64,000 nt of DNA from Octopus vulgaris (GCA_951406725.2 OX597814.1:145638001-145702000), one strand, 5' to 3'. Shown: positions 1 through 12,690, counted from the stretch's first letter. A program made the numbers and translations. The notes: generated by a model from the letters alone, not told the origin.

Positions 1-748
1 TATTGGCCAAAATAGGTCCAGATTGGGATGATGAGCAAGGGGGTGTAAAACAAAAGAGTTTACAAAACACTTTTCATACAAGGATGCCTACACCCCTTCA
101 TTTTGAAGGCTGTGGTCTTAAAGACATGAGGAAAATCCCTGAAAAATCTTCCCCACAAATTTCTTTATAATCATAATCTATGCCATTTGAAAGGGATTTG
201 AATAAATTTTCATTGAAAAATAAGAGAGAAAAAAATTAGATCGAGTTAATTTTCCAAAACTCTTCTCTCCACGCCCTCGGAAAATTCTTTGTCATAAATC
301 CCTATACACATTGAAGCCACAACATCTAAGCGGGATTTGTAGTAAATTTTGTTAAAAAGTATCCATTTTTCTGGATGTCATGATACAATAAATTTGGGGG
401 CGTATACATCTGTAGTAATGCCCTTCTATTTATACGATTTTTTCATTTCATGTTTATTTCATTTATTTTTTGCAATGTTCTCTCACCTCTCTCACACATA
501 CACTGCAAATCTTGTGCTGCTGAATCTATGTTGCTTTGAGGGGAAGGTAAAACTTGACAAACTGTTCTCCATCTGTTGTTGGACTACCGTGATGTTTGTT
601 TAAAAAAGAGAGATTATGACTGTGATAAAATAACGAAAGGAATAATTTCTAAGCAAGTGAGCACTATTATACAAAGAAATAATTAGACATAAAATATTAA
701 AATTATTAGAATTGGGAATCAAATATGAAAATATTATCAAGGGGTAAA

Positions 749-781
749 AAGAAAACCGCCCGGTGGGGTTTCTTCTGCTAG
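749..781 (+). mobile_element. Possible Helitron-like 3' terminus (hairpin followed by CTAG|T)
   Basis: AAGAAAACC(749-757)...GGTTTCTT(767-774) forms an imperfect stem, followed by CTAG at 778-781 and then T. No Rep/helicase sequence is seen. Confidence 0.3.
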
Positions 782-793
782 TATATATAAATA

Positions 794-870
794 TACATAC
801 ATACATACAAACATACATACATACATACATACATACATACATACATACATACATACATTCATACATACAT
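794..870. repeat. (TACA)n microsatellite
   Basis: Direct reading. Confidence 0.95.
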
Positions 871-1178
871 AGAACTGGCACTCCATCGGTTACGACGATG
901 AGGGTTCCAGTTGATCCGAACAACGGAAGAGCCTGCTCGTTAAATTATCGCACAAGTGGCTGAGTACTCCCCAGACACGCGTAAACTTAACGTAGTTCTC
1001 AGGGAGATTCGGCGTGATACAGAGCGTGACAAGGCTTTGAATATCAGGTACAACTTATTTTTGCCAACTGAGTGAACTGGAGCCGCCTAAAATACAGTGC
1101 CATGCTCAGCGCCTCAACGCAGCGTCAGGTATCGAACTCCCGACGTTACGATCGTAAGCTGAATACCCTAACCACTAT
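871..1178 (-). mobile_element. tRNA-derived SINE, family A
   Basis: The minus strand begins TAGTGGTTAGGGTATTCAGC...GGGAGTTCGATACC (pol III box A/box B spacing), followed by a CCAGTTCACTCAG central motif typical of metazoan SINE bodies. Confidence 0.7.
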
Positions 1179-1877
1179 TATCTAAAGTATTGCGGAAAAA
1201 AACAAGGGTGAAACTCAGAGCTGACTTCCAACATTTCATGACACACAGACACACACACAAACACAGACGCACATGTACACACACACACACACACACACAA
1301 ACAAACACACACAAAGCTAAGCACACACACACACACACAAAGCTGAGCACCAATCTAAGCATAGAGAAACGTTCTCTAGTTTTGTCATGTCTATGTTTAT
1401 CTGTGATTTGCATAACTATGGAGTATAAGAAATATCTACTGTAAACCACAAATTCTTTATTTGCTTATTGTTCGTGATATGCCTTCACACACACGCGCGC
1501 ATACACACACAGACACACTGACACATACACACATGCACACAATGATATGTCCATATACACATGGCTGTGCGCCTCGAACCTACGCATATCTGCGCGTTTG
1601 TATATGTGTGTATGTGTGTGTGTCTGTTAATTGCTTTGGACTTATACTTATTCTTGTAAAAGTCTTTGGGGCCGTCTGTGGAATCTGTAATAATTACATC
1701 ACGAAACGCTTGTTTTAACTTATGTTTCAGATTTTACAAAAATTCTTAAATTTGACATTCTAAATTACTGTTACCTCTTATAAAGTGTTAATCTTATCAA
1801 CATATCTCTGCAACATGAGCACCGTCTCATCATCACCTGAATTTATTGAAGATAATTTCTTTGCGACAGTTCTTTTA

Positions 1878-2287
1878 TTCTTTTATTTGTTTCAGTCATT
1901 TGACTACGGTCATGCTGAAGCACCGCCTTTAGTCGAACAGATCGACCCCAGGACTTACTCTTTGTAAGCCTATTACTTATTCTATCGTACTCTTTTCTCG
2001 AACCGCGAAGTTACGGAGATGTAAACACACCAGCATCGGTTATCAAGCAGTGGTGGGGGTGCCAAACACAGACACACAAGCATACACACACCCAATTATA
2101 CACACACACTCACATATTTATACGACGGGCTTCTTTCAGTTTCCGTCTAACAAATCTACTCACAAGGCTTTGCTTGGCCCGATGCTATAGTAGAAGACAC
2201 GTGCCCAATGTGCCATACAATGGGACTGAACCCAGTACCATGTGGTTGGTAAGCAAGCTACTTACCACACAGCAACTCCTGCGCCTT
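1878..2287 (-). mobile_element. tRNA-derived SINE, family B (head AGGCGCAGGAGTGGCTGTGTGGTAAG)
   Basis: Reverse complement of the copy at 3474-3950: box A/B head, internal CA/TA microsatellite, tail CAAATGACTGAAACAAATAAAAGA. Confidence 0.85.
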
Positions 2288-2793
2288 AACGATACTCTTT
2301 GAACTCCATTTTTTCTATTAATCTATAACTACATGTTTGCAACTGCATTAATATTTACGCATGACAATCTGAGAAGGGAAGTATTTCTATTATAGAAAGG
2401 TGTCCTTTTTTCCGTGTTTATAATCTTTGATGTTTCTTTATAGATTGGGAATTGTAAGTCAATTGTTTCTTTTTTTTTTGCGACCATCTCTTACTTTGCA
2501 CCTTATACATCCATTTGTTAAGTATAATACATATTTATTTACAAACAGAATAAACTACATCTACTGAACTCATCACTTAAACATTAATACCTAGATAAAT
2601 CTCCGTTGTCTGACAACTGCAAATCGGATAATTCGACAACTAAATATTATATGTACGATTTGCCCATCTTATCTTAAAATTTTTCAGACACTAGTTTGGT
2701 GCTTCATGAATTACAATGAACGTCAAACTGGAAATATACGCTATAAAAAGAAGATATAAATGTACCTATCACAGTGTCATATTTAATGCATAT

Positions 2794-3185
2794 AGACGCA
2801 GATCTGGCTGTGTTATAAGAAGCTTGCCTCTCAATCATATGGTTCCGGGTTCAGTCCCACAACAACGTGGAACTGTAAGCAAGTGTCTTCTATTGAATCT
2901 TAGGGCCGATCAAAAGCCTTGTGAGACGGAAAGTGAAAGAAGTCGGTCATTTATGTGTGTGTGCGTGTGTGTTCGTGTTTGTTCTCTCACCATCGCTTGA
3001 CAACTGCTGTAGGTGTGTTTACGTCCCCGTTACTCGGCGGTTTGGCAAAAGAGAATGATAGATTAAATACCAGCCTTAAGAAATAGATGATTACTGGGGT
3101 TGATTCAGTTGACCAAAACTTCTTCAAGGCGGTGCCCCACTACGGCCACAGTCTAATGACCGGAACGAGTAAAATATAAAACATA
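2794..3185 (+). mobile_element. SINE family B, diverged copy
   Basis: AGACGCAGATCTGGCTGTGTTATAAG...GGTTCCGGGTTCAGTCCCA head; GGCGGTGCCCCACTACGGCCACAGTC tail. Confidence 0.8.
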
Positions 3186-3240
3186 AAAGTTATGTACCTA
3201 TCTATGTAATCTATGTATCATACTCAACGTATGTGTGTGT

Positions 3241-3278
<38 letters not shown>

Positions 3279-3280
<2 letters not shown>

Positions 3281-3457
3281 GGAGTAAACACATAAATGTG
3301 AAACAAGGTGGAAAAAAGAGTACTCAAATACCAGTGGTAGAGTAATATGTTTTATTTTAAGCAGCAGAAAATTCAACAAAATCTGTTACTCTGAGTTTCT
3401 CGTTGCCGTTCATCAGACAGTTTTTGCTAGAATTTGTTTCTGCTGCTTAAAATAAAA
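3279..3457 (-). mobile_element. Non-coding mini Penelope-like terminal-repeat relic between two (TA)n tracts
   Basis: Carries a minimal hammerhead (3383-3420) enclosed by a perfect 21-bp inverted repeat (3350-3370 / 3437-3457); (TA)n on both flanks. Confidence 0.65.
3383..3420 (-). ncRNA. Minimal type I hammerhead ribozyme motif
   Basis: The minus strand reads ctgt-CTGATGA-acg gcaa cga-GAAA-ctc a gag-TA-acag: intact core, stem I ctgt/acag, GUA cleavage triplet. The first stem II pair is an A-A mismatch. Confidence 0.75.
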
Positions 3458-3473
3458 TATATATATATATATA

Positions 3474-3950
3474 TAGACGTAGGAGTAGCTGTGTGGTAAG
3501 TAGCTTGCTTACGAACCACATGGTTCCGGGTTCAGTCCCACTGCGTGGTACATTAGGCGAGTGTCTTCTACTAAAGCCTTGTGAGTAGATTTGGTAGACG
3601 GAAACTGAAAGAAGCCCGTCGTATATATGTATATGTATGTATGTATTTATATGTATGCATGTATGTATGTATGTATGTATGTGTGTGTGTATGTATGTAT
3701 GTATGTATGTATGTATGTATGTATGTATGTATGTATGTATGTGTGTATATGTTTGTGTGTCTGTGTTTGTCCCCCCTAACATCGCTTGACAACCGATGCT
3801 GGTGTGTTTGCGTCCCTGTCACTTAGCGGTTCGGCAAAAGAGACCGATAGAATAAGTACTGGGCTTACAAAGAATAAATCCCGGAGTGATTTGCCCGACT
3901 AAAGGCGGTGCTCCAGCATGGCCGCAGTCAAATGACTGAAACAAATAAGA
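3474..3950 (+). mobile_element. SINE family B with expanded internal (TATG)n
   Basis: Head, GACGGAAACTGAAAGAAGCCCGTCG, ~120 bp of (TATG)n, then the conserved tail; followed by (GA)n to ~4010. Confidence 0.9.
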
Positions 3951-3953
3951 GAG

Positions 3954-4015
<62 letters not shown>

Positions 4016-4559
4016 TAATATATATATACACCGCTGATATAATTCTCCGCGGTTTTGTTCAAGATAAACCCTATTATGGATATATAAAGCTTTTAAAACT
4101 GGAGAGAGGCGAAACATTGTTCCGATGTTGCTAGCGAAGACATCAGATGCAATTTCGTTCTGTTGGGCCTTGTGAAAGACGTGTACTCACAGTGACCCAC
4201 ATGGATAAGATTTGTGGCCTCCAACAGAATAAACACTAAATAATGCTTTTACTTCATCGCTTGGAGACTGAATAAATAATCCGTTGTACTGACTACCCGC
4301 ACCTAGGTAGGTTTTCTGTTTCCCTCCAATCAATGTTGTAATTTGAAACGTAGCACGTCCGTAAGAGACTATATCTCAGAGGAAAACCGTAGTAACTTGC
4401 TCCTCATCGCTGCATGTACATTAAATATGATACATAGATGAGTATTTTAATGTCATACTGCTTCCGTAGTACACACCAGATTTTACACACACATATGGTG
4501 GGAGACGTATATGCATGTGCGTGCGAATGTGATTTGAATCCAGGCAAAGATAAAAAGAA

Positions 4560-5760
4560 TACTGCAAAAATAGAGAATGCTTAAATAGCCACGAGGTAAG
4601 ACAAAACACCAGCAAATGATGTTATATTAATGGAAGTTTCAAGGGCTGAAAAAAGCATATTTGTGGAAAATACTCCCAAAACATTACATTCGATATTTCA
4701 AGGAGAGAAATGTACCTTTACAAACGAAGGAATGCGAATAACATCTTGTTTATAAGAAGGGTGATAGGGAAGATTTGAAAAAATACAGACACAGGTGCCT
4801 CTTTTCATTCCTCTATAAGTTATTTTGTTCTTCAAATGTTAGAGTCACAAGACTTTTGGAACATCTCAACGTCCAACTGTCGAGCGACGAATTAGATGTT
4901 TGTATTGACTTCTGTACTGTAGACCTCATATTAAATTCTAATATACGAGGGCTGCTGAAAAGTTCTCGGCTTTAAGAGTGTCGCGAAAGGCCTAGGTGGA
5001 GGCCCAAATTCCCGAGTTCTTTTACGGGGCTTAGAATAAAATCATAAATTATCCTCTTCTTTTTTCTTTTACCCAAAGCCAGGAAATTTTAGTACCTCCT
5101 CTTAGCTTCTACAAGCGAAAAACCGGCTCTTGTTTTTTTGCATCAACTTTGTCTATCATGGAAGTAACGCCAATGATGTCGAGTTGAATGCAATTCTTAA
5201 TTCAAGGATATGTCGCACAATACACGAGACATCCATGGGAAGTGACTGCGCTATGTAAAACTGACGTAGATGTGTTCTTACCTCTTAGTGCTTCAGTGGG
5301 GGAGAATGTCAAACATGTAGATATCATCTCTTCAAAACCTCTTCACAGCATGACTCGAAATAGGCATTGGAGAGATTGGTAGGAAAGTGGTATGAGAAAG
5401 CTTCTAATAAACACTCATTTAGCAGAAAACAACGTACACGTAGCAGAAGTCTCACACTTGTTATGGATCAAATTGAGTGGACACACATAGTTCAGTGGTA
5501 GGGCTCAAAACAAAATGTATAACCTGTATAAAAACAAAAAAACGTGCATTCCAAAAACGGAGAACAAAGCCAAATAGTGGTAGGGAATTTTGAATTTGGT
5601 GAAGTAAATAGGTACAAGTGTTTAGAATAGAATAAATAAATTCCGACACGTTACGGCTAGAATTTAGCTCGAGAAGTAGAGTGGAAGTTATTTGCCTCAA
5701 TGAGAGATGTGGTCAAAGCGTAACAGGTCACGATCCTGCTTACTAATATTTTCAGTCGTA
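4560..5760 (+). pseudogene. Heavily decayed RTE-clade LINE reverse transcriptase relic
   Basis: YKKGDREDLKKYRHRCLFSFLYKLF near 4750-4825 resembles KKGDxxDLKNYRPIxLLSxxYKLF. Traces of a GVKQGDxISPKLF-like motif near 5300-5350. Confidence 0.5.
4944..5104. mobile_element. Mariner-type MITE inserted in the RTE relic
   Basis: Left end TACGAGGGCTGCTGAAAAGTTCTCGGCTTT; degenerate right end AAAGCCAGGAAATTTTAGTACCTCCTC. Confidence 0.65.
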
Positions 5761-6066
5761 CCATCCTACTTACGCATTTATCCGCGAGTGAGATGTGGGC
5801 TACAACGAACTAGAAAGAACAGCTGGGTAAAATACAAAGAGTTACTGAAAGGTTCATGGTAGGCATATCGTTCCAGGAGCATATCTAATAGGTCGTAATT
5901 CGAGAATGGAGTGGAGTAATGGAGTAACCAATGTGATCGAAGGCTATCGAAAGCAGAGTTTCCACTGGTCCGGAAACGCAATTAAATGTGAAGTGGAAAC
6001 ACAATTAAGAAAAGAGTGGAAACCAATTGTGTCTGGTGGACAGATCGATGAATATAAATAAAACAA

Positions 6067-6108
6067 GTATTTTACGTTTCGAGCCTACGCTCTTCAACAG
6101 AAAGATAC
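6067..6108 (-). ncRNA. Variant hammerhead-like motif in a Penelope-type end relic
   Basis: Minus strand: gtatcttt-CTGTTGA-a-gagc gtag gctc-GAAA-cg-TA-aaatac. Perfect 4-bp stem II, but A6 is U and there is one extra A. Confidence 0.45.
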
Positions 6109-6182
6109 ACAGAAAAGAAACACGGAGAGAAACAAGGAGAGAAAAAAAAAATGCGTGCAGAAGCTAGCGATTCAACATGGCG

Positions 6183-6227
<45 letters not shown>

Positions 6228-6252
6228 GAGTGTGTATATGTATGTATGTATG

Positions 6253-8958
6253 TTAGTTAGTTAGTTAGTTAGTTAATTTGGCTCAAAAGCAAATAGCAAG
6301 GCCATGTAGGGGGACATGGAGTTAAGTACAGGGTGGTGTTCATGTAAAGAGTTCATGCCACTTGAGGTCCAGGGAGGCTTTGAACAAAGCGGTCGTCGGC
6401 ATCTTCACCATCTCGTCTGGCAGCTTGTTCCACGGATCCGCAACCCGGACGGAGAAAGCTCCTCTCCTGCGATTGAGATGAAATCGTCGCAGGTAGAGCT
6501 TTTCGGAATGACCCCGCAGCCGACGCTCTGGAGCAGGAGTGAAGAACAGCTCTTTCGAGAGGTTACACTTTCCGCTTATGATGTTGTGGGCGAGAATGAG
6601 ATCACCACGGCGGCGGCGTTTTTCAAGAGAATAAAGGTCGAGCGTCCTCAGCCTTTCTTCGTAGGACAAATTTTTGAGACCATGAACCATGCGGGTAGCC
6701 AGCTTCTGGACTCTTTCGAGATGCTGTATGTCTTTGAGGAGATAAGGAGAAGAGGCTTGAATCCCATACTCCAATATGGGTCTCACCAGCGTGACATAGA
6801 GTGGTAGGAATATGGCTGCTGTGAGCATTCCGAATGACCGTCGAATCAAGAACAGAATTCCGCGTGCTTTGTTGGCAGCATGGACGCACTGGGCCGAAGC
6901 CGAAAAGGAGGAATCCACCAAGATACCTAGGTCCTTTACCTGATCGGTCCTCTCCAGCAGCAGACGACCCGGCTCGAAATCAAGTTGAGTTGCAGGAGTA
7001 GAGCCGACAGGCAGATGACAGCACTTTGACACGTTCAGACACAGGTCCCAATCGTTAAACCACTTCCAAATTTGGTGGAGGCATCGACGAAGATCCTCTA
7101 TATTACCTCGAGGAGCGACCAGTTTGATATGGTCGGCAAATAGAAGGGTGTGTTGCGTGAGGTCGTCGGACAAGTCATTTATGAAGACTAAGAACAACAA
7201 GGGCCCAAGCACTGAATCTTCAGGCACGCCACTGCTCGCACTGGAGACGTCGGACCGCGAACCATTAACTTGGACTTGGAAGGAGCGATCTGAGAGGAAG
7301 GCACCAACCCATCGTACAATATCCTGATGGAAACTATATGCTTGAAGCTTGACAAGTAATAGGCGGTGGTTTACCGAGTCAAAAGCTTTGGCAAAGTCCA
7401 GTAAAACGATGTCAACAGCATCACTATCATCGAGGATGCGCGTCACCAATACTTCCATTACTAGTAAGTTGGTCAAGCATGATCTCTTCGGCACGAAGCC
7501 GTGTTGGGAATCAGAGATAGAGGCTGTGTTTAGGAGGTGGAGCATCATACTTTTCTTAAGGATGGTTTCGAACATCTTGCTGATTATTGATGTAAGGGAA
7601 ACCGGTCGGTAGTTAAGCGGGTCTTCGCGGCTCCCTTTCTTGAAAATTGGGCAGATTATCGCTGTTCTCCAGTCTGCAGGTATAACACCCGTCGCCAATG
7701 ACTTATTGAATAGTCGTGTTAAGGGCTCGCAGATGACCGGAGCCAACGCTTTGATAACCCGTGTGTGTATGCCGTCAGGGCCGTGACCCTTGTTGACATC
7801 GAGGCCTTGAATAACACGTTTGACTTCGTCCCGCGTGATGACCAATCGAAGCATTGGAGGTACCGATCTATCAAATGGAGGGGGTTCACGACCATCATCT
7901 TGTTTGAAAATAGTTGAAAAAGCCTCGGCAAATAATTGACTCTGTTGATAAGGGTCCTCAATCGATACGCCTGTTGAGTCCACCAACGTTGCAATCTGGT
8001 TGTTCAAGCGGGAATTCCGCTGGACATGGGCAAAGAAGGTTTTTGGATTGCTACTGGCATTTGCCGCGATTTTGTATTCATAACTGAAGCGTTCTTTCTT
8101 TTCAATTTTCACGGCTCGGTCTCGTTGAGTTTTGTACACCTCAAAAGCTGCAGTCGAATCCAGATTTTTGAATTCAGCCCAAGCAATATCTCTGAGTCGA
8201 CGTTCTCGTTTAACCCTCTTCGTCACCCAGGGCTTGTGTTTCTTCCTCTTGGGAAGCCCAACGGGAACTGCCTGGTCAGTCAAACAGATTACATATGCTT
8301 TGAGGGATGACCATAGTTCGTCAACTGAGGACAACATCATCAGGGATCGCTAGTTCAGAAGCGCGGAAGCCTCGGTTAGAGTTTCAAGATTAATTGCAGA
8401 GAAGACTCTACGTGGCAGCGAAGTAGTCGTGGGCGTAGAAAAAGTTGTGTGCATGACGAACTTCAGGACCGCATGATCACTCTTGGCAAGAGGGGCGCAC
8501 ACAGATACGTCTGACACTGATCTTGGATAGCGGGAGAATACCAGATCTAGCATAGATGGCTGCTGCCCAGACCGATGCCTTGTCGGATATTCAACATGTT
8601 GCGATAGAAAACAATCTTCAGCCACGTCAAGAAGGGCCTGGCCGAACAGGGAAGATGTTGTACAAATTGATGCGGGCCAATCGATCGTGGGAGCGTTGAA
8701 GTCTCCTAGTACCAAACAGTCATGCGAAGCTGAAACGAATCTTATCGCTTCGAGTAAATGAGCATCGTCCTGGGGGTCGGCAAGAGGCGGCCTGTAGACA
8801 GCCAACACGGGCAGGCAAAACTCAGATAGGCTCAGCTTGCAATAGACGGCATCGAATTTTGTTGTAGGCTGAGCATTAGTGGGTAGAATACCGCTGGACG
8901 GTTTGTGCTCAGACTTAACATACACAGCAACACCCCCACCTCGCCTTTTTCCTCTCTG
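6253..8958 (-). mobile_element. 5'-truncated CR1-clade LINE with (CTAA)n tail
   Basis: APE then RT coding sequence, short 3' UTR, (TTAG)n on the plus strand at ~6253-6274; flanked by TA/TATG repeats. Confidence 0.92.
6340..8958 (-). pseudogene. CR1 ORF2 (apurinic endonuclease + reverse transcriptase), disabled
   Basis: APE motifs RGGGVAVYVK, VYRPP, LGDFN, LDLVF, SDH. In-frame TAG at 8350-8352. RT motifs NYRPVSLTS, DFAKAFD, GVPEDSVLGP (normally PQGS), FADH (normally FADD). CR1-type C-terminus LERVQKLATRM...YEERL...RRRRGDLI...RGH...WNKLP. Confidence 0.92.
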
Positions 8959-9958
8959 TATGTATATGTATATATATATACATGTTTATGTATCATATAC
9001 AGATATACATACACACATACACATCTACATACATACATACATACATACATACATACATACATACATTACAAACTCACACACTCACACACAAACACATACA
9101 CACAAATATATCAGAGATACCTTAAACTTATTTCATAGTCTCTGCATTGCTTTCGATATGGCACTATATTTAATTTCCTTCGCTAAAACGAAAAAACATT
9201 GAGTGCAAGTTCAATGAATAAAATGATGTATTTTAAAGACTGAGTATTAATCCCATTCCAAATCGTCAGTTTCACAGTAAAGAAAATCTGTAATGAAAAC
9301 ACAAGGCAGAAGAAATTCCTCTAATACTTCGTTCGCAACAGATGTTTATAACTCATGAATTGGCTCGTGAATGTATCCTTTATTGATGACATACGACTGC
9401 TTTGCGATTCTAATCAGTAAGAAATATGTTTTACATTCTGTATTCATTTTAAAGAAAATTTTTTACTAAATATATACGATGTGTTAAAAATATGTTTTTC
9501 ACAAAATATATATAATTAACTCAATTCTGAAACCATATTCCACAGATTAATTTCGTTAAAGGTTTTTAGGATATCCTTTAGTCAATCTAAACATCTTTAT
9601 CTTGTATCAGCCTTCTGAAATTACATGAAACTGACAATAAATACTGAGAATCCAGCTGTTCATTTCCTTATATAAATATACAAATCCCTAGGCTTGCCTT
9701 TTTAAATAATTAACGAGTATTTAATTGAATTATTACAAATTACGCCCAATGTATTCGCAAGAGTTGTAAAGGCAGAATTTGTGAGTTTTTCCATTTCTAT
9801 TTAAACACATTCAAATTTGCTAACCTTCATGAATATTTTAATATTTTAATGTTACATACAATCCTAATGTAATTTATGATTTGTGCCTAATTAAAATAAA
9901 TTATCAACATAAATATGGTGAAACGCTTAATACTTTCAGAAAATTCAGATACCCTATA

Positions 9959-10037
<79 letters not shown>

Positions 10038-10210
10038 TTGAGGAGTTTCGTTATGGGTATAAAAATATATCATAAACAAATATAAAAAATGGAGAAGAAA
10101 TGTCGAATCAGAAATAGATTTATTGCAAAACTGGATTCAATGCATACGTACATTTCGAAAAACAATGCAAATGTGTAAGAAAGAAATTTTAATCATAGTA
10201 ATTATGATTA

Positions 10211-10342
<132 letters not shown>

Positions 10343-10533
10343 AATACATGAGTGTATTTTTACCTTGTTAAAAATTAACACGGAAAAATAAATAAATAGT
10401 TACCAGGGCAGCAAAAATCTCACAAGTAAAGGTGTTGTAACTCCTTGTTTATAAAGTTAGAAACTTCGTGTTTACGTTGAATATTTTGAATAATATGAAT
10501 AAAAAATGGAGTTAACGCAGGTGTAATCAAATA

Positions 10534-10630
10534 TTTTTACTTTCGACACATGTTTCGAATATTCCACTGATACTATTCAAAAGAATAAATGGTATAAACA
10601 ATGCAATCTTCTCCTCAGGAAAGTGAAAAA
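10534..10630 (-). ncRNA. Type I hammerhead ribozyme of Penelope element 1
   Basis: Minus strand: tttttcactttc-CTGAGGA-gaagatt...aatattc-GAAA-catgtg-TC-gaaagtaaaaa. GUC triplet; predicted cleavage between 10545 and 10544. Confidence 0.85.
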
Positions 10631-10825
10631 AACGAAACTCGTCAATAAGACATTTTAGCAAAAAATGATGGATTTGTATAGCGATAGACAGAACGCTATT
10701 AATATTGTTTAAAAAAACGTTATATGATATAACGTCATAAGTAGCTAACAGAAAGAGTAAAGATATTAATAGTGAATGTTAAATATAAAGGAAATTAAAG
10801 TTTAAATTATATATAATGATAGAGA

Positions 10826-11791
10826 CTACTTATATGCACTAAATGTATGTTTTTGCCAATGCTTACATCTGTATGCTCGCTCTATAACCGTGTTTACTAG
10901 AGTATTTTTAGAAAAGATAATGAAAAATAGCTCAGAATTACAGAGAAGACAGAATTTCTTGCCTTTGTCATATGCTATCGAAATTGAGAGGATCAACCAT
11001 TCTAAATGAAATTGTTCATTGTGGTCTTTTAAATCCCAAATCAGTTTGCTGAGACCGGTACTATTCCGTTTATTTCTATCCCTAAATGTTGAGTAATGGA
11101 TAGAAATTCTTTTAGATAACTCTAACGATGTGCTTCCAATGTAAAATCGTACTTTATTACGAGTACTGATTATACACTGGTATATAGAATTTTTAATCTT
11201 AGAGTTACTTGACATAAACTTAATTCTATTGGAATTGACTTCAGATACAATAACCTTGTTATTAATATTTCTAGAGGGTTGGATGGTATTAGCTAAATTA
11301 ATGTTAGTATTAGTAAATGTATTAATATTTAACAGTTTTTTATTATGAGAAGATATGATTTGCAAGAGATTTTTTGTGTTTGAAAAACCTATCCTAAACT
11401 TATGTGAATTGATTATAGAGTAATATCTAGAATTGTTTGGAAAATTCCTAGCAATAGCTTGACGAAACAGCAGTGGAAGATTAGACTTAATTTGTCTCCC
11501 GTAAGGAATTATTAACCAAATATTTTTACTAGTATTCATAGCGTAATTACTTTTGAAGGTGTTATATTTACTTTGAGATCGATAATAGGGGATTAAATAA
11601 GGGTTATCTGCCTTCATTCGCTTTGTATCGGTGCGTAAGTTACGTTTCTTATCAATAATCCTTTTACGACTAGAAATCTTATCTACATTATTGAATTTAC
11701 AATTAGACTGAGCAGAATCAATGTAGAAAATTTTTTCTGTATAACCTGCTTTGATTAAGGCAGAGTTATAGAATTCAGCGTTATTATTGAA
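10826..11791 (-). CDS. Penelope-like polyprotein C-terminal part (RT thumb, linker, GIY-YIG endonuclease), 5'-partial
   Basis: The frame stays open upstream of the listed 263-aa ORF (FNNNAEFYNSALIKAGY, a PLE thumb motif). Then IISSHNKKLL, SIYQC...FYIGST...KR..H..TF...STGLSKLIWDLK...CLLCNSE...N...CKH. Confidence 0.88.
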   Translation of the reverse strand, partial: FNNNAEFYNSALIKAGYTEKIFYIDSAQSNCKFNNVDKISSRKRIIDKKRNLRTDTKRMKADNPYLIPYYRSQSKYNTFKSNYAMNTSKNIWLIIPYGRQIKSNLPLLFRQAIARNFPNNSRYYSIINSHKFRIGFSNTKNLLQIISSHNKKLLNINTFTNTNINLANTIQPSRNINNKVIVSEVNSNRIKFMSSNSKIKNSIYQCIISTRNKVRFYIGSTSLELSKRISIHYSTFRDRNKRNSTGLSKLIWDLKDHNEQFHLEWLILSISIAYDKGKKFCLLCNSELFFIIFSKNTLVNTVIERAYRCKHWQKHTFSAYK

Positions 11792-12197
11792 ATAGAATTA
11801 AGTTTATGTCAAGTAACTCTAAGATTAAAAATTCTATATACCAGTGTATAATCAGTACTCGTAATAAAGTACGATTTTACATTGGAAGCACATCGTTTTA
11901 GAGTTATCTAAAAGAATTTCTATCCATTACTCAACATTTAGGGATAGAAATAAACGGAATAGTACCGGTCTCAGCAAACTGATTTGGGATTTAAAAGACC
12001 ACAATGAACAATTTCATTTAGAATGGTTGATCCTCTCAATTTCGATAGCATATGACAAAGGCAAGAAATTCTGTCTTCTCTGTAATTCTGAGCTATTTTT
12101 CATTATCTTTTCTAAAAATACTCTAGTAAACACGGTTATAGAGCGAGCATACAGATGTAAGCATTGGCAAAAACATACATTTAGTGCATATAAGTAG
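11791..12197 (+). pseudogene. Inverted second copy of the GIY-YIG domain, frameshifted
   Basis: Reverse complement of 10826-11230, with CATCGTTTTAGAG versus CATCGTTAGAG (+2 T) near 11895. Confidence 0.85.
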
Positions 12198-12463
12198 TCT
12201 CTATCATTATATATAATTTAAACTTTAATTTCCTTTATATTTAACATTCACTATTAATATCCTTACTCTTTCTGTTAGCTACTTATGACGTTATATCATA
12301 TAAAGTTTATTTAAACAATATTAATAGCGTTCTGTCTATCGCTATACAAATCCATCATTCTTTGCTAAAATGTCTTATTGACGAGTTTCGTTTTTTTCAC
12401 TTTCCTGAGAAGATTGCATTGTTTATACCATTTATTCTTTTGAATAGTATCAGTGGAAAAAAA

Positions 12464-12690
<227 letters not shown>

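Larger units (their letters stand above)
10345..12458 (-). mobile_element. Penelope-like element 1 (Neptune-type), 5'-truncated, with inverted pseudo-LTR
   Basis: 10562-11230 and 11791-12458 are near-identical inverted repeats around a 560-bp spacer. RT-thumb plus GIY-YIG ORF on the minus strand; hammerhead; (TA)n on both flanks. Confidence 0.92.

Noticed and set aside
6253-6274. (TTAG)n resembling a telomeric repeat
   Set aside because: It is the CR1 3' tail (CTAA)n, not TTAGGG or TTAGG.
6316-8353. Plus-strand ORFs overlapping the CR1
   Set aside because: Antisense shadows of the RT frame.
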